Source: Octopus sinensis
Lineage: Eukaryota
Assembly: GCF_006345805.1 (NCBI RefSeq)
Contig: NC_043003.1
Location: 7,378,001-7,442,000, forward strand
Length of the DNA: 64,000 nucleotides
Reading direction: 5' to 3'
In this document: positions 38,641-50,184 of the stretch, in pieces
Position numbering within the stretch: position 1 is the stretch's first letter
How the letters are laid out: every line of letters starts with the position of its first letter
The notes under the pieces: generated by a model
What the model was told of the DNA's origin: nothing
Databases searched by the model: none
The model's input: only the letters and a program-made list of their open reading frames with translations
Program-made: the position numbers and the translations under genes

Positions 38641-39812
38641 TTAAACCATTGAACCCAACAAATGAATCTCTACGTGGTCCATAAAGCTGCTAGAAATAGC
38701 AACAAGTCTTCGCAAGCAGAGTTTAGTGTTCACCCTGCCAAAAGAATGGCCCCTTTTAGCTACGGTACTGTATGTGTGTGTGTACATGAGAGGGAGAGAG
38801 AAATATAGACAGGCAGAAAGATTGTTTTATTCTATTTTATTTGTTTCAGTCATTTGACTGTGGCCATACTGGAGCACAGCCTTTAGTCGAGCAAATCAAC
38901 CTCAGGACTTATTCTTTGTAAGCCTAGTACTTATTCTATCGGTCTCTCTTGCCGAACTGCTAGGTGACGTGGAGGTAAACACACCAGCATTGGTTGTCAA
39001 GCGACGTTGGGGGACAAACACAGACACACAAACATATACATATATATATATATATACATACATACTTATTGTCTTCAGAAAAAATATCTCAAATTTTATT
39101 GGAATAATGTATTAGAAACATGATGTTTGAGGGCGGGGGTGGGGGTGGGAAGAAAATCATGAAATGTTAGAACTCTTATGATATCTATTCTGTCTGAGAC
39201 GAACTGTGCCACCGAAGTGAACTTGTAACCTAATAATTCAGCTGTTACAGCTTGAACTGGATACTTGACATATGAATGTTAAAAAATGCCTTCACATTCA
39301 CAAAACTGTCAAAGTCCGTGAGTCAAATCCGAAATTATTTTACAACCAGCTCAGCTTGAAGAAAGGAAAGGGAAATTCCAGTTCATAATCTGCCGCTTTG
39401 TTTGACGTTTGACTACGTCAAACTTCAAATACCATTTTCTGAGTCACAATCTTCAGCATGGATCCTGGAGATGAGTCACAACCTTCAGCTGTGATTCTGA
39501 CTCTTGTGGCGGTTGGGGGGGAGCTGCCTTGATTAAAAGAAGAAAAAAAAATCAAAATCAAACAAGGTGTAAGAAATATATCAAGAGAGAGAGAACATGT
39601 AGTATTTTAGGTCGATTCTCTGGATTCTAAACATGTCTGGAAAATTTGTCAACAGCATTTTTATCCCTTTTTGCAATAGGAAACCTTGCTGTTTTAAGAA
39701 ATATCACCACAAGACAGATTCACCATATGGACAATGATAAAGTATATTTTACCAGCATTTAAAAAAAATCTATATTAATAAATGTGAAATTCTGTCTGTT
39801 TGTCTGGGACCT

Positions 39813-39970
39813 CTATATTTCAGTGGAAACTGGGTTCTCAAGGTGATCGTTAAGCACTGCAGTAATTTTGGAAGCTGTACTTTTGTGATCCTTTCTAACA
39901 ATTTGCATAAAACACCGATGGTCCCTATCTGAAAGTTTTGGTTTTCTTCCATGAAGGGGAGAAAAAGGTA
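39813..39970 (-). mobile_element. Tc1-family transposase fragment (DNA-binding region)
   Basis: GRKPKLSDRDHRCFMQIVRKDHKSTASKITAVLNDHLENPVSTE resembles the Tc1/Tc3 HTH linker. It abuts a Helitron-like 5' end (TCTATATTAATAAA...) at ~39770. Confidence 0.72.
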
Positions 39971-40034
39971 ACAGCAAACAAAATGAGGACACATAATGTA
40001 AGTAATACATATATGGTCACCATCCAGTGTCAAG

Positions 40035-40611
40035 TTGATCACAGAGCTCCAGGCGATCCAACGTAGCTACATGAAGAAGATAGCCTCTATGCAGAATGTG
40101 AGCTACTGGGAAAGACTCAAGAGATTAAAACTATATTCCTTGGAGCGTAGCCGGGAAAGATATGCCATAATATACATCTGGAAGATCCTGGAGGGACGTG
40201 TCCTAAACTTTGGCATCGAGAGTTACGCAAATGCCAGAACTGGGCGCCACTGCGTGGTGCCTAGGACTCCAAACTTGCCATCAAGATGTAGGACAAGATT
40301 CTGTGATAGCCTGGGCTTCCGAGGCCCACAGCTCTTCAATATCCTCCCGAAGAACCTAAGAGACCTGCATGGGGTAGATGCAGATGTCTTTAAAATGAAA
40401 CTGGATCTCTTCCTGTCAGGTGTCCCAGATGAACCAACTTCCCAGCAGGAGGTGCAGATGAGGGCAGCTGCATCGAACTCTCTCATGCACCAAATGGCAG
40501 TTGCTAAAAAGCCTTCGTGAAGTAAAACCAAGTAGCAACACCAAATGGCGGTGCCCCAGCATGGCCACAGCTCATAAGCTGAAACTAGAATCAATCAATC
40601 AATCAATCAAT
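40035..40611 (+). mobile_element. 3' end of a third CR1/L2-type LINE, with (ATCA)n tail
   Basis: LQAIQRSY...SYWERLKRLKLYSLERSRERYAIIYIWKILEG...GPQLFNILP...FKMKLDLFLSGVPDEP. Confidence 0.88.
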
Positions 40612-40777
40612 ATGTATATATATTATATATATACTGGGCCTCATCAAACCAGTATGATCTCAAGCTCAAATCAAGGCCTCGACATCAGACCGTGGACGGT
40701 GGAGAGAACATGCTGAGGCCTTTGTCCTGCGGTGGGACTGAACATGGGCAATCCAAACCAACACAAAAATAACTTAA

Positions 40778-42307
40778 TCCTTTCGTTACCAAACTGCCCG
40801 AAAACAATTTTGGTTAATGTGACCAAACCACCCAAAGCTGCCCGAATTTACCTGTTCATATTTAAATGAGAATATCAGAGCAAATCTCTTTAGTACATTC
40901 GTGAAAACACGTGATTATACTTCGTAAACAGTTTATCCACAGTTTTATACAACGATTGACGTGTAATTTTAATTCCCTGAATTTTGGGAGATTTTTTTCC
41001 ACATTTTTTCGGCATCGATTTTTCTTCAACTTTGAAAATGGATTGGAGTTTCATGTTATCAAGCATTGATTCCAAATTGGAAAATTTGTGAAGCAAATAC
41101 TGGGTACTGTTGTGGATTTAGTTTTTATACAGGGAAACTAATGTTAGTCAGCATGGCTTAGGGTATGATGTGATCTGGAAGTTATTGTTTGAAGCGATCA
41201 ATGCGGAAACAAACTTACGCAAAATGTAAACAAAAACAAAATGGGGGTTCAAATTTCGGAAAATTTGTGAATCAAATACTAGGTACTGCGTGGATTTAGT
41301 TTTTATACAGGGAAAATAATGTTAGTCAGCATGGCCTTAGGGAACGATGTGGTCTGGAATTTATCACTTCCATACCATAACCAGGGCCGTATATTATTTT
41401 TTGACCGATTTCTTTAGTTCGGTCAAACTTGCGATGGATTCCAGTTTTTCACTTTATTCCACCTTTATGGTACACCTGTTGTGCATTAAATTCAACTGAT
41501 GATATAGTGATGTGCACAATTCTTCTTTATCAAAATTTTGTTGCATAGGCGCAGGAGTGGCTGTGTGGTAAGTAGCTTGCTTACCAACCACATGGTTCCG
41601 GGTTCAGTCCCACTGCGTGGCATCTTGGGCAAGTGTCTTCTGCTATATCCCCGGGCCGACCAATGCCTTGTGAGTGGATTTGGTAGACGGAAACTGAAAG
41701 AAGCCTGTCGTATATATGTATATATATATATGTGTACGTGTGTGTGTGTTTGTGTGTGTGTGTTTGTGTGTCTGTGTTTGTCCCCCTAGCATTGCTTGAC
41801 AACCGATGCTAGTGTGTTTACGTCCCCGTTACTTAGCGGTTCGGCAAAAGAGACCGATAGAATAAGTACTGGGCTCACAAAGAATAAGTCCCAGGGTCGA
41901 TTTGATCGACTAAAGGCGGTGCTCCAGCATGGCCGCAGTCAAATGACTGAAACAAGTAAAAGAGAGTATACCCATTTGAATATTAGCTGACGATTCATTT
42001 TCTATGGTGATGTTTAAATAAAATTTTAATATTTTTACCTTTTGCTCAATTTAAAATTTTAATATTTTGACCTTTTGCTCAATTTACCTGGATTTACCTG
42101 TAATTAAAGTCACTTTGAGACAAAAGTTATGCAATATAATTGATTAAGAACCCTTTCTTTAATTATGTTCCAAATATCACATTAATATGTTGATAAGTAA
42201 AAAAGTTACAGTTATTTAATGAAACAAGCCTAGATTCATGATTACTTTAGAATTTAATTGAAACTCATGAGGGGTGTATTTTGGTCAGAAATATAGTAAC
42301 GAAAGGG
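40778..42307. mobile_element. 1.5-kb piggyBac-like non-autonomous element containing a nested SINE
   Basis: TTAA at 40774-40777 and 42308-42311; TIR (T/C)CCTTTCGTTAC at both ends. Confidence 0.75.
41547..41966 (+). mobile_element. tRNA-derived SINE 'family A' (~420 bp, internal TA/TG microsatellite), best full-length copy
   Basis: Head AGGCGCAGGAGTGGCTGTGTGGTAAG with B box GGTTCAGTCCC, CORE-like CTTGGGCAAGTGTCTT segment, tail ...CAGTCAAATGACTGAAACAAGTAAAAGAG. Resembles described octopus tRNA-derived SINEs, but the exact family name was not verified. Confidence 0.88.
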
Positions 42308-42456
42308 TTAAGCATGGAAGGTAAAAAGGAATATCACAAAAGCTAGACTTAATTAATGTTTGCCTTGCTGTTTTTTGGCTTTCTTTAATTTGAGAAATAA
42401 TGAGCAGTTGCCATTTCAGCTTCTAACATTCCATTTAGATAATAGATGTCGCTGCT

Positions 42457-42829
42457 TGTTTGTTTGTTGAGCGAAGTGGTCTTCGTCCCAGAGTGGGAGA
42501 AGTCCGAAATGTGGTCCTTTGCTATTCGTAAGACCCGCAGAAGAGAAAGCAGGTCAACCCCCTGATACCGAGAGCATCGACCGATGGATGAGTGTGCATC
42601 CAGGATCAGCGGTTGCGTAGGAAGTCGGGGACAAGAAACAGGAAGAAAGAGTGAGAGAAAGTTGGAGCGAAAGAGTACAACAGGGGTCGCCACCACCCCC
42701 TGCTGGAGCCTCATGGAGCTTTGGGTGTTTTCGCTCAATAAACACACACAACGCCCGGTCTGGAAATCGAAACCGCGATCCTCCGACTGCGAGTCCGCTG
42801 CCCTAACCACTGGGACATTGCGCCTCCAT
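42457..42829 (-). mobile_element. SINE family C (tail type 3, (AACA)n end)
   Basis: Same head. Perfect 14-bp TSD TAGATGTCGCTGCT at 42443-42456 and 42830-42843. Confidence 0.88.
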
Positions 42830-43545
42830 TAGATGTCGCTGCTGGAGACGATGGTGAGCAGTGATCTCTTAACTCTCACCACCACCACCACCACTACTAC
42901 TATGGTGATGTTGGTAGTAGTACTCCAATGAAAGTGGCTTTAAGTAACAGAAATATAACCACCACCACTGCTAGTAGTAAGAACAGAGCGATTACTAGCA
43001 CTACTATAACGGTTATAATTATTACTAATTAGTTAATGTATTTGGTTGCACCGTTTAACATCAGGAAGATAGCAATTAATTTTTATTGTTTTGCTTTTTA
43101 TCCACCATTTCTGTTTTATTTTTATTTCATCTCGTGGTAGTGGTCTCTATTTCTTGTCATTTTCTGAGTGGGTCGATGATGTTTAAATCTATTTCTTTAT
43201 TTCCACCACAATGCAAAAAAAAAAATCTAAAAATAAATTTGAACCCCCCCACTTTCCTAATATAAGAATTACCATTTCACACTAACCAGCTATCTTTACC
43301 ACACCCTTCTTTTCAAAATTGAGGTGCCTTAACTATAATTAATTCAGTAATTAAAAAACAATTAGTGTCCAATAGTTAGTTCACTAGTTAATCCCTCAGC
43401 ATCTAATCTGGCCAAATCCAGCCCCAAAATTCTGTTTTATTTTCAAACCAACTGGATCTGACCCCTCAGACCTACCCTACAATATCGTTCTAGAAATAAA
43501 TAATCCCACCATCAAAATCTCAAAGCTATGAGATTATCTAGGATT

Positions 43546-44174
43546 AAATCACTCACCAAGTCCTTTGTGAGCCGCTCTCCGGCTATCTATCTGTGGCTTT
43601 ACATAGCTATGGTAAGACCTCACCTGGAATTTGCATCACCAGTCTGGAACCCTTATCTTGCTCAGAATATTAATCGTCTGGAAGAATACCCTGCATCAGG
43701 CATTTGCCATATTCTGAACGCCTTACTTCCCTGGGCATGGATACATTGAAACTCCGACGTCTGGCAGCTGACTTGGCAGACACCCATAAAATTATTAACC
43801 ATCTTACAAACAATAACTCTGAGCACCTTTTCAAACTCCACCTGTCTAACACCCGTGGACATGTTTACAAAGTCAGAAAACAGCACAGCTCCCATGACTT
43901 TCGGAAACATTTTTTCACGCTGAGAGTTGCTGAAGCATGGAACAAACTGCCGGCATCAGTTGTTAGTTGTCGGAGCACTGCATCCTTCAAAACTTCCATG
44001 CTTCCTGAGATTCGCCAACACTACACCTGATTTCCTCCCCTCCATACACACGCAAGCATGTATCTGACTCATACACTGTTCACTTTCCAGACATTTGTAC
44101 ATTACTGCATATGCTTTATATGCACTTTTGACAAGTTGTGGTGCACCTGAGCACTGTATACAATAATTTCATTA
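43546..44174 (+). mobile_element. 3' end of a second CR1-clade LINE family
   Basis: MVRPHLEFASPVWNPYL...(deletion)...YSERLTSLGMDTLKLRRLAADL...FFTLRVAEAWNKLP...HYT*, followed by a 3' UTR ending in ATT repeats. Confidence 0.9.
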
Positions 44175-47100
44175 TATATAAATCAAATGAATAAGTAAGC
44201 ATTGCATCTGATAATCTGAAAGCTCAAGAGATACAGAAGTGCTCCTTATCAAGTATTAGGGTTCCATCTAAACAAGCAGGGCTTGTCTTTAGCTCTGTCA
44301 CCATCACTTTCTTCATGCTGCCCTTTCAAGATTTTTCTTCGTCTCTTCTCTTCATCGTTCCAATTATTCTTTAAATTTCTTTAACACCATTTCTCAGATT
44401 TCTCAGCTCCAGCTTTTAACCTCCAAACCATGTTCCACATCCGGTCTTTTGTGATTCTAATAAAATTCTTTGAATAAATATTTATAAAAGCTGTTAAAAC
44501 AAAAACTACTTCATCATCATCATTACTGTTGTTTAACGTCCGCTTTCCATGCTGGTTGGACAGTTTAACTGGTGAGCCAGAGGGCTGCACAAGGTTCTAA
44601 TCTGATCTGGCAAAGGTTCTACAGCTGGATGCCCTTCCTTACGCCAAGTGTAGTAGATGCTTTTACTTGCCACTGGCACAAGGGCCAGTCAGGCGGTACT
44701 GGCAACGGCCACGCTCAAATGGTGTTTTTTATGTGCCACCTGCACAGGAACCAGACGGGCAACGACCACACTCGAATGTTGTTTACCACATGCCACCGGC
44801 ACAGGTGCCAATAAGGTGACACTGGCAATGATCACGCTTGAATTGTGCTTTTTATGCACCACTGGCAACAATCACGCTCGGATGGTGCTTTTAACATTCC
44901 ACTGGCATGAGTGCCAATCAGGTGGTACTGTCATCGGCCACATCAGTGATTTTGATTTCAGTTGCCTCAACAGGTCTTTGCAAGCAAAGTTTATTGTCCA
45001 ATGAATGAATGAAGGTTACTCATAAGTGGGCTGGTTATACAGCACTGGCATAGGCCACGGGTTATGGTCTTACTTGGCTTGCTGGGTCTTCTCAAGCACA
45101 GCATATCTCTATGAAATCAAAAGTTATGAAATTGTGTTTTTATTTTGCTTTTTGTGTCTTTTTTTTGGAAGTAGTTTTTTAATTATTTTTTTTATAATCA
45201 GTTGCAGATGTAACTGTGCGGTTAAGAAGCTTGATTCCCAACCATGGGGTCTTGTGTTCAATCCCACTTCCCCAGGTTCCATAGTCTGTTTTGGCATGGT
45301 TTCTATAGCTGGATGCCCTTCCTAATGCCAACCACTTTACAGAGCATACTGGGTGCTTTTTATGTGGCACCAGCACCTACAGGGTCACCAAGTAACTTGC
45401 AAATGCCAAACACCCCTTCAGCAGCTGGGAGGAGGGAGTGAGAGGGAGATGTGGCTTTGTGTCAGTTGATGAGAGATTAGGAGGATAGGGGTAGGTGTCA
45501 TGCTGCAGAATAGATACATGAATACTCCAGTTGAAAAGGAAAGGATGTTTTTGCATGGTAATTTGCCTGACAGCAGCATCTGCCATGATTGTGATTTTGC
45601 TTGGCTTGATGTTGAGTGTTTTGCGACTAGAAACGCTCTTAGCTGAAGAAAAATCTGTGGCAACGACATTTGTCTAACACATGCAATCATGGAAAAAATG
45701 GATGTTAACTCTTTTGTTACCAAACCGGCTCTGGCTCTGTAGTACAAATGTCATGTTTTCATAACTTTTCAATTCAAATCTTCCACCAAACTTTAGTCAC
45801 AATTTATGTTCCTAACACTAGCTGAATGATAACTAAGTTATTTTACTAAATTCTTTGTTATATTTAAAGTAATTGAAAGAAATACAGACCATCTCAACAG
45901 AAATATGGTAACAAAAGGGTTAAAATAATGATGATGATGACGATGAAGATATTCATGTAGGAATGACTGTCTGATTAAAAAGTTGATTTTGCAATATGAT
46001 TCCAGACAAAACAAAAAAATTTTGAAAAACTATTCTTTTTAAAGAAATATTTTCTGATTTATTTATTTATTAATCAAAAATATTTTTAGGTTAATTTTTT
46101 TCACCCAACTCTCACAGAAAAAAAAATCACATTTAAAGAGGAAAACGTCAATTAAAAATGTTAGTATTAATCAGAAACATTAATAGGAAGTGATTTCAAT
46201 TAACTTTAATTTCAAAATTAGATTGCTCACTTTATATTGATTACAATTAAGAAATACTGATTTTTGCCTAAATTAGCTTTAATTAGATTTGCCATAGATC
46301 TGTATTTTACTGGACGTAGCCTACAATTTAAGTCTTAGAATCATGTGGTGGAACTAAGCTTTAATATTTTCCAAAATATTGTAATTTCAGCTTCTGTAAT
46401 TTCCTCCATGGCAGAGCCACATGGAGCCCTAACAACGAGAGAAAGGCTGTGCTACATGGAGACTAGAGAAAAGCTGTGCTAGGGGACATGGAAATGTAGA
46501 GATCTCGTTTAGTCTTCATCAGTGACGTTATTTCTTATTCTTCAGACACATGCATTATTATAATATTTTTTTATCTAATGTTGTTACCTGTTTTTTTTTC
46601 TAATGGCCTATTTTTTTTGTTTTTTACACTATGGCATTTATTTCCAGGCCCTTTAGCAATTTTTGACCCTAATCTAACCACTGTTGCCGTGTTAGTGATG
46701 TGTTTGACATCTATGATAGTGATTGGTGTTAGTCCAATGGTTAACCTGTTACCATTCAAACTGGCCATATCCGGCCTCAATATTTTACCTCTTTTATGTT
46801 CAAAACCAGTCAGATCCAGTCTCTCACACCTATCCTACAATATCATTCCCAGCGTAAAGAGTCACATCACAGAAATCTCACAGCTATGAAAGGATGCACG
46901 ATTAATTCAATACCATGAGAAACAAATAAGCATCAGATTTGGTAGAGTAATCTGAATGCTAAAGGATTCAACTGCAGTGATGGAGTTTGATCTTCGTCCT
47001 TGATGTGGGTTTATTGCTTACCACCCCAGCTGCTGCCTTTCTGGTTTGTTGTACTATCCTACAGCATCAAAACTATTGTAGGCCCCCAGGGGCAAAATGC

Positions 47101-47826
47101 ACAAGCACAGGAGTAAAATCACTGTAGGGTTAAGAGCAAACTCTTAAGCGGAGACGAATGGAAAGTAATGTATTCATCATCATCGTTTAACGTCTGTTTT
47201 CCGTGCTGGCATGGGTTGGATGGTTTGACTGGGGTCTGGGAAGCCAGGAGGCTGCACCAGGACCCAATCTGATCTGGTGGTGTTTCTACAGCTGGATGTC
47301 CTTCCTAACGCCAACCACTCCAAGAATGTAAAGGCTGCTTTTTATGTGCCAGAGGTTCAAGACTTTGATAATGTAATTGTTTATTTTTGGAATGGCACTG
47401 TAGGTTAGGTGTGAGAAGCTGGATCCAGTCAGTTTGAACATTAAACAGAAAATTCGGCCAGGTTTGGCTGTTTAAATGCTAAAGGGCAAGAGAAAAATGG
47501 TCGCAACAATTGCAAAATAATGTTTGAAAGACTCAGGAGTTATGAAGGCATTGGTAAAGTGGCATTACAAAGGCATGAAATTATTTCTATCATAGAACTG
47601 TTTTAGTGTCATGGCTGCTTCAAAGTTACAGAGCATCACAGTGAGTGATGGGCATGGATAGAAGTGGAGGGAAGGATAAAAAGACTTTGGGGAATGTTTA
47701 GCTTTTAGAAATATTCAGATATGGCAACTCTATCACAAACAAACAACATTCTGAGCATTTGAGAGATTAGAAGAATTAACCCAAATATATGTGTACTTGA
47801 CAAAGATTCACAGATTCATTATTTCA

Positions 47827-47871
47827 TTAGAGTTTTCCAAGTTCATCAAGGTAGGCAGCAAATAGTTTGGT
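47827..47871 (-). CDS. CNDP2: CNDP2 last coding exon (TKLFAAYLDELGKL*)
   Basis: Acceptor tttacAG at 47873-47872, phase 0, stop TAA at 47829-47827. Matches the CNDP2 C-terminus TKMLAAYLYE. Absent from the ORF track. Confidence 0.9.
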   Translation of the reverse strand, partial: TKLFAAYLDELGKL

Positions 47872-48339
47872 CTGTAAATAGAGAGAAAGAGAGAAAAAAA
47901 AAGAAAATATATTTTAACTGTCCTGATTTATACATCCTATAGAATGGGTGCAAACATGGCTATGAGACTGAGAAACTTGCTTCTCACTCATGTGGCCTTG
48001 GGTTCTGTTTCACTGTGGCAACTTAGGCAGGTGCCTTATGATAGATCCTTAGATCAATCAAAGCCTTGTGAGTGAATTTGGTACACAAAAACTCTCTCTC
48101 AATATATATTTTTGAAAATATATATATATATATAATATTATATATATCAAATGGATGTGTTATAATATTCCACACATACAATAACAGCCACATCAACAAT
48201 CCAACATACCTCCATCATCTCAGCTGCCCCATATCAATAAATATATCAATAAATGAACATATATAAAAATAAATATGTAAATATAAATAAGTGAATTATA
48301 AGGAAAGGAAAAATTGCAGGTGTAGCCAAACTTTAATTC

Positions 48340-48389
<50 letters not shown>

Positions 48390-48432
48390 CAGGTAAAATC
48401 CCCAAGATATAAATACATATGAATATTTATAT

Positions 48433-48815
48433 AGGGTGCAGGAGTGGCTGTGTGGTAAGTAGTTTGCTTACCAACCACATGATTGCGGGTTCAGTCCCAC
48501 TGCGTGGCACCTTGGGCAAATGTCTTCTACTATAGCCTCGGGCAGACCAGAGCCTTGTGAGTGGATTTGGTAGACAGAAACTGAAAGAAGCCCGTTGTAT
48601 ATATATATATATGTATGTGTGTCTGTTTGTCCCCAGAACATCGCTTGATAGCAGATGCTGGTGTGTTTACATCCCCGTAACTTAGTGGTTCGGCAAAAGA
48701 GACCGATAGAATAAGTACTAGGCTTACAAAGAATAAGTCCTGGGGTCGATTTGTTCGACTAAAAGCAGTGCTCCAGCATGGCCACAGTCAAATGACTGAA
48801 ACATGTAAAAGAGAG
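48433..48815 (+). mobile_element. SINE family A (in last CNDP2 intron)
   Basis: Homology by eye to 41547-41966. Confidence 0.85.
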
Positions 48816-49314
48816 TGCTTTACACATGGTTTCTGTGGCTGGATGCCCTGCCTAACACCAGCCACTTCACTGAATGTACTGGGTGCTTTTTATGTGGCAC
48901 CAGCACCAGTGCTTTTTGGGGTCTTAGGGAAGGGAATGTGAATGGGGGAAGAAAGCTGACAGAGTGTTGCCCCTCAAGGTCATGCATTACCACGGTGGTT
49001 TTAGGATATTAATTCTGTTGTGGTGGGTAGGCTTTCTCGAGTATCACAGGCTTCTTTCAGTTTCTGTCTAACAAATTCACTCACAAGGCTTTGATTCTAC
49101 TGGGGCTATAGTTAAAAAAACAAAACAAAAAAGAAACACTTGTTCAAAGTGCTATGGAGTAGGACTGAACCAGAAACCACAGGGTTGGGAAGCTAAATCC
49201 TTAATCACACAAATATCCTTCGCAATATTGCGGTTCACCTATTGCAGTTTATTATTTAAGCTTATGTCATTTCCTTCGTGATGTAGTTTTGCATTTATAA
49301 TATAATATATTCTT

Positions 49315-49690
49315 TTATTCTTCTACTTGTTTCAGTCAGTTGACTGCGGCCATGCTGGAGCACCGCCTTTAGTCGAACAAATCGACCCCAGGACTTATTC
49401 TTTGTAAGTGCAGTACTTATTCTATTGGTCTCTTTTGCCGAACTACTAAGTTACAAGGACATAAACACACCAACATCGGTTGTCAAGTAATGGTGGAGGG
49501 ACAAACACATCATACACACACACACACACACATATGACAGGCTTCTTTCAGTTTCTGTCTACCAAATCCAGTCACAAGGCTTTGGTCAGCCTGAAGCTAT
49601 AGTACAAGACACTTGCCCAAAATACCACACAGTGGGAATGAACCTGGAACTATGTGGTTAGTAAGCAAGGTACTTACCACATAGCCATGC
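49315..49690 (-). mobile_element. SINE family A, host of the U6-5.8S-SINE insertion
   Basis: Its head region is interrupted at 49701; head-like sequence resumes after 50185. Confidence 0.82.
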
Positions 49691-49701
49691 CTGTACTTCT
49701 T

Positions 49702-49933
49702 ATTTCTTTATTGCTCACAAGAGGCTAAACACAGAGGGGACAAACAAGGACAGACAAAAGGATTAAGTCAATTACATCGACCCTAGTGCATAACCGGTAC
49801 TTATTTAATCGACCACGAAAGGATGAAAGGCTAAGTCGGCCTTGGCGGAATTTGAACTCAGAACATAGCAGCAGACAAAATACCGCTAAGCATTTTGCTC
49901 GGCGTGCTAACATTTCTGCCAGCTCGCCGCCTT
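49702..49933 (-). mobile_element. Full-length tRNA-like SINE 'family B' forming the 3' part of the U6-5.8S-SINE chimera
   Basis: Head AAGGCGGCGAGCTGGCAGAA, B-box-like GAGTTCAAATTCC, tail ...AATAAAGAAAT, as in other copies in the window. Confidence 0.9.
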
Positions 49934-50078
49934 GGATGGAGCCCCGGGACGATGGGATCCTGGGGCCCGCAATGTGCGTTCGAGGTGTCGATGTTCACTG
50001 TGTCCTGCAATTCACATCAGTTCATGCGGATAGCCGCGCTCTTCATCGACGGATGAACCGAGTGATCCCCTGTCCTTG
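49934..50078 (-). pseudogene. 5.8S rRNA retrocopy (145 nt, slightly 3'-truncated)
   Basis: Minus strand carries GGATCACTCGG...GTCGATGAAGAGCGCGGC...GTGAATTGCAGGACACA...CATCGACACCTCGAACGCACATTGCGG, the conserved 5.8S motifs. No ITS or 18S/28S flanks. Confidence 0.92.
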
Positions 50079-50184
50079 AAAATATGGAATGCTTCACAAA
50101 TTTATGTGTCATCCTTGCTCAGGGGCCATGCTAATCTTCTCTGTGTCATTCCAATATTAGAATATGTACTGCCGTAGCTAGTAC
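50079..50184 (-). pseudogene. U6: Full-length (106 nt) degenerate U6 snRNA retrocopy
   Basis: Minus strand reads GTACTAGCTACGGCAGTACATATTCTAATATTGGAATGACACAGAGAAGATTAGCATGGCCCCTGAGCAAGGATGACACATAAATTTGTGAAGCATTCCATATTTT. About 13 differences by eye from remembered human U6, several of them CpG decay. No U6 promoter upstream. Confidence 0.95.

Noticed and set aside
39131-39149. Perfect G-quadruplex motif (also a G run at ~11955-11975)
   Set aside because: Such motifs are common, and nothing in the sequence supports a function.
49934-50078. rDNA locus
   Set aside because: There is no ITS1/ITS2, 18S or 28S sequence, and the copy is 3'-truncated.
50079-50184. Functional U6 gene
   Set aside because: It shows CpG-type decay, has no PSE/TATA upstream (the flank is a TSD and a SINE), and is fused to 5.8S.
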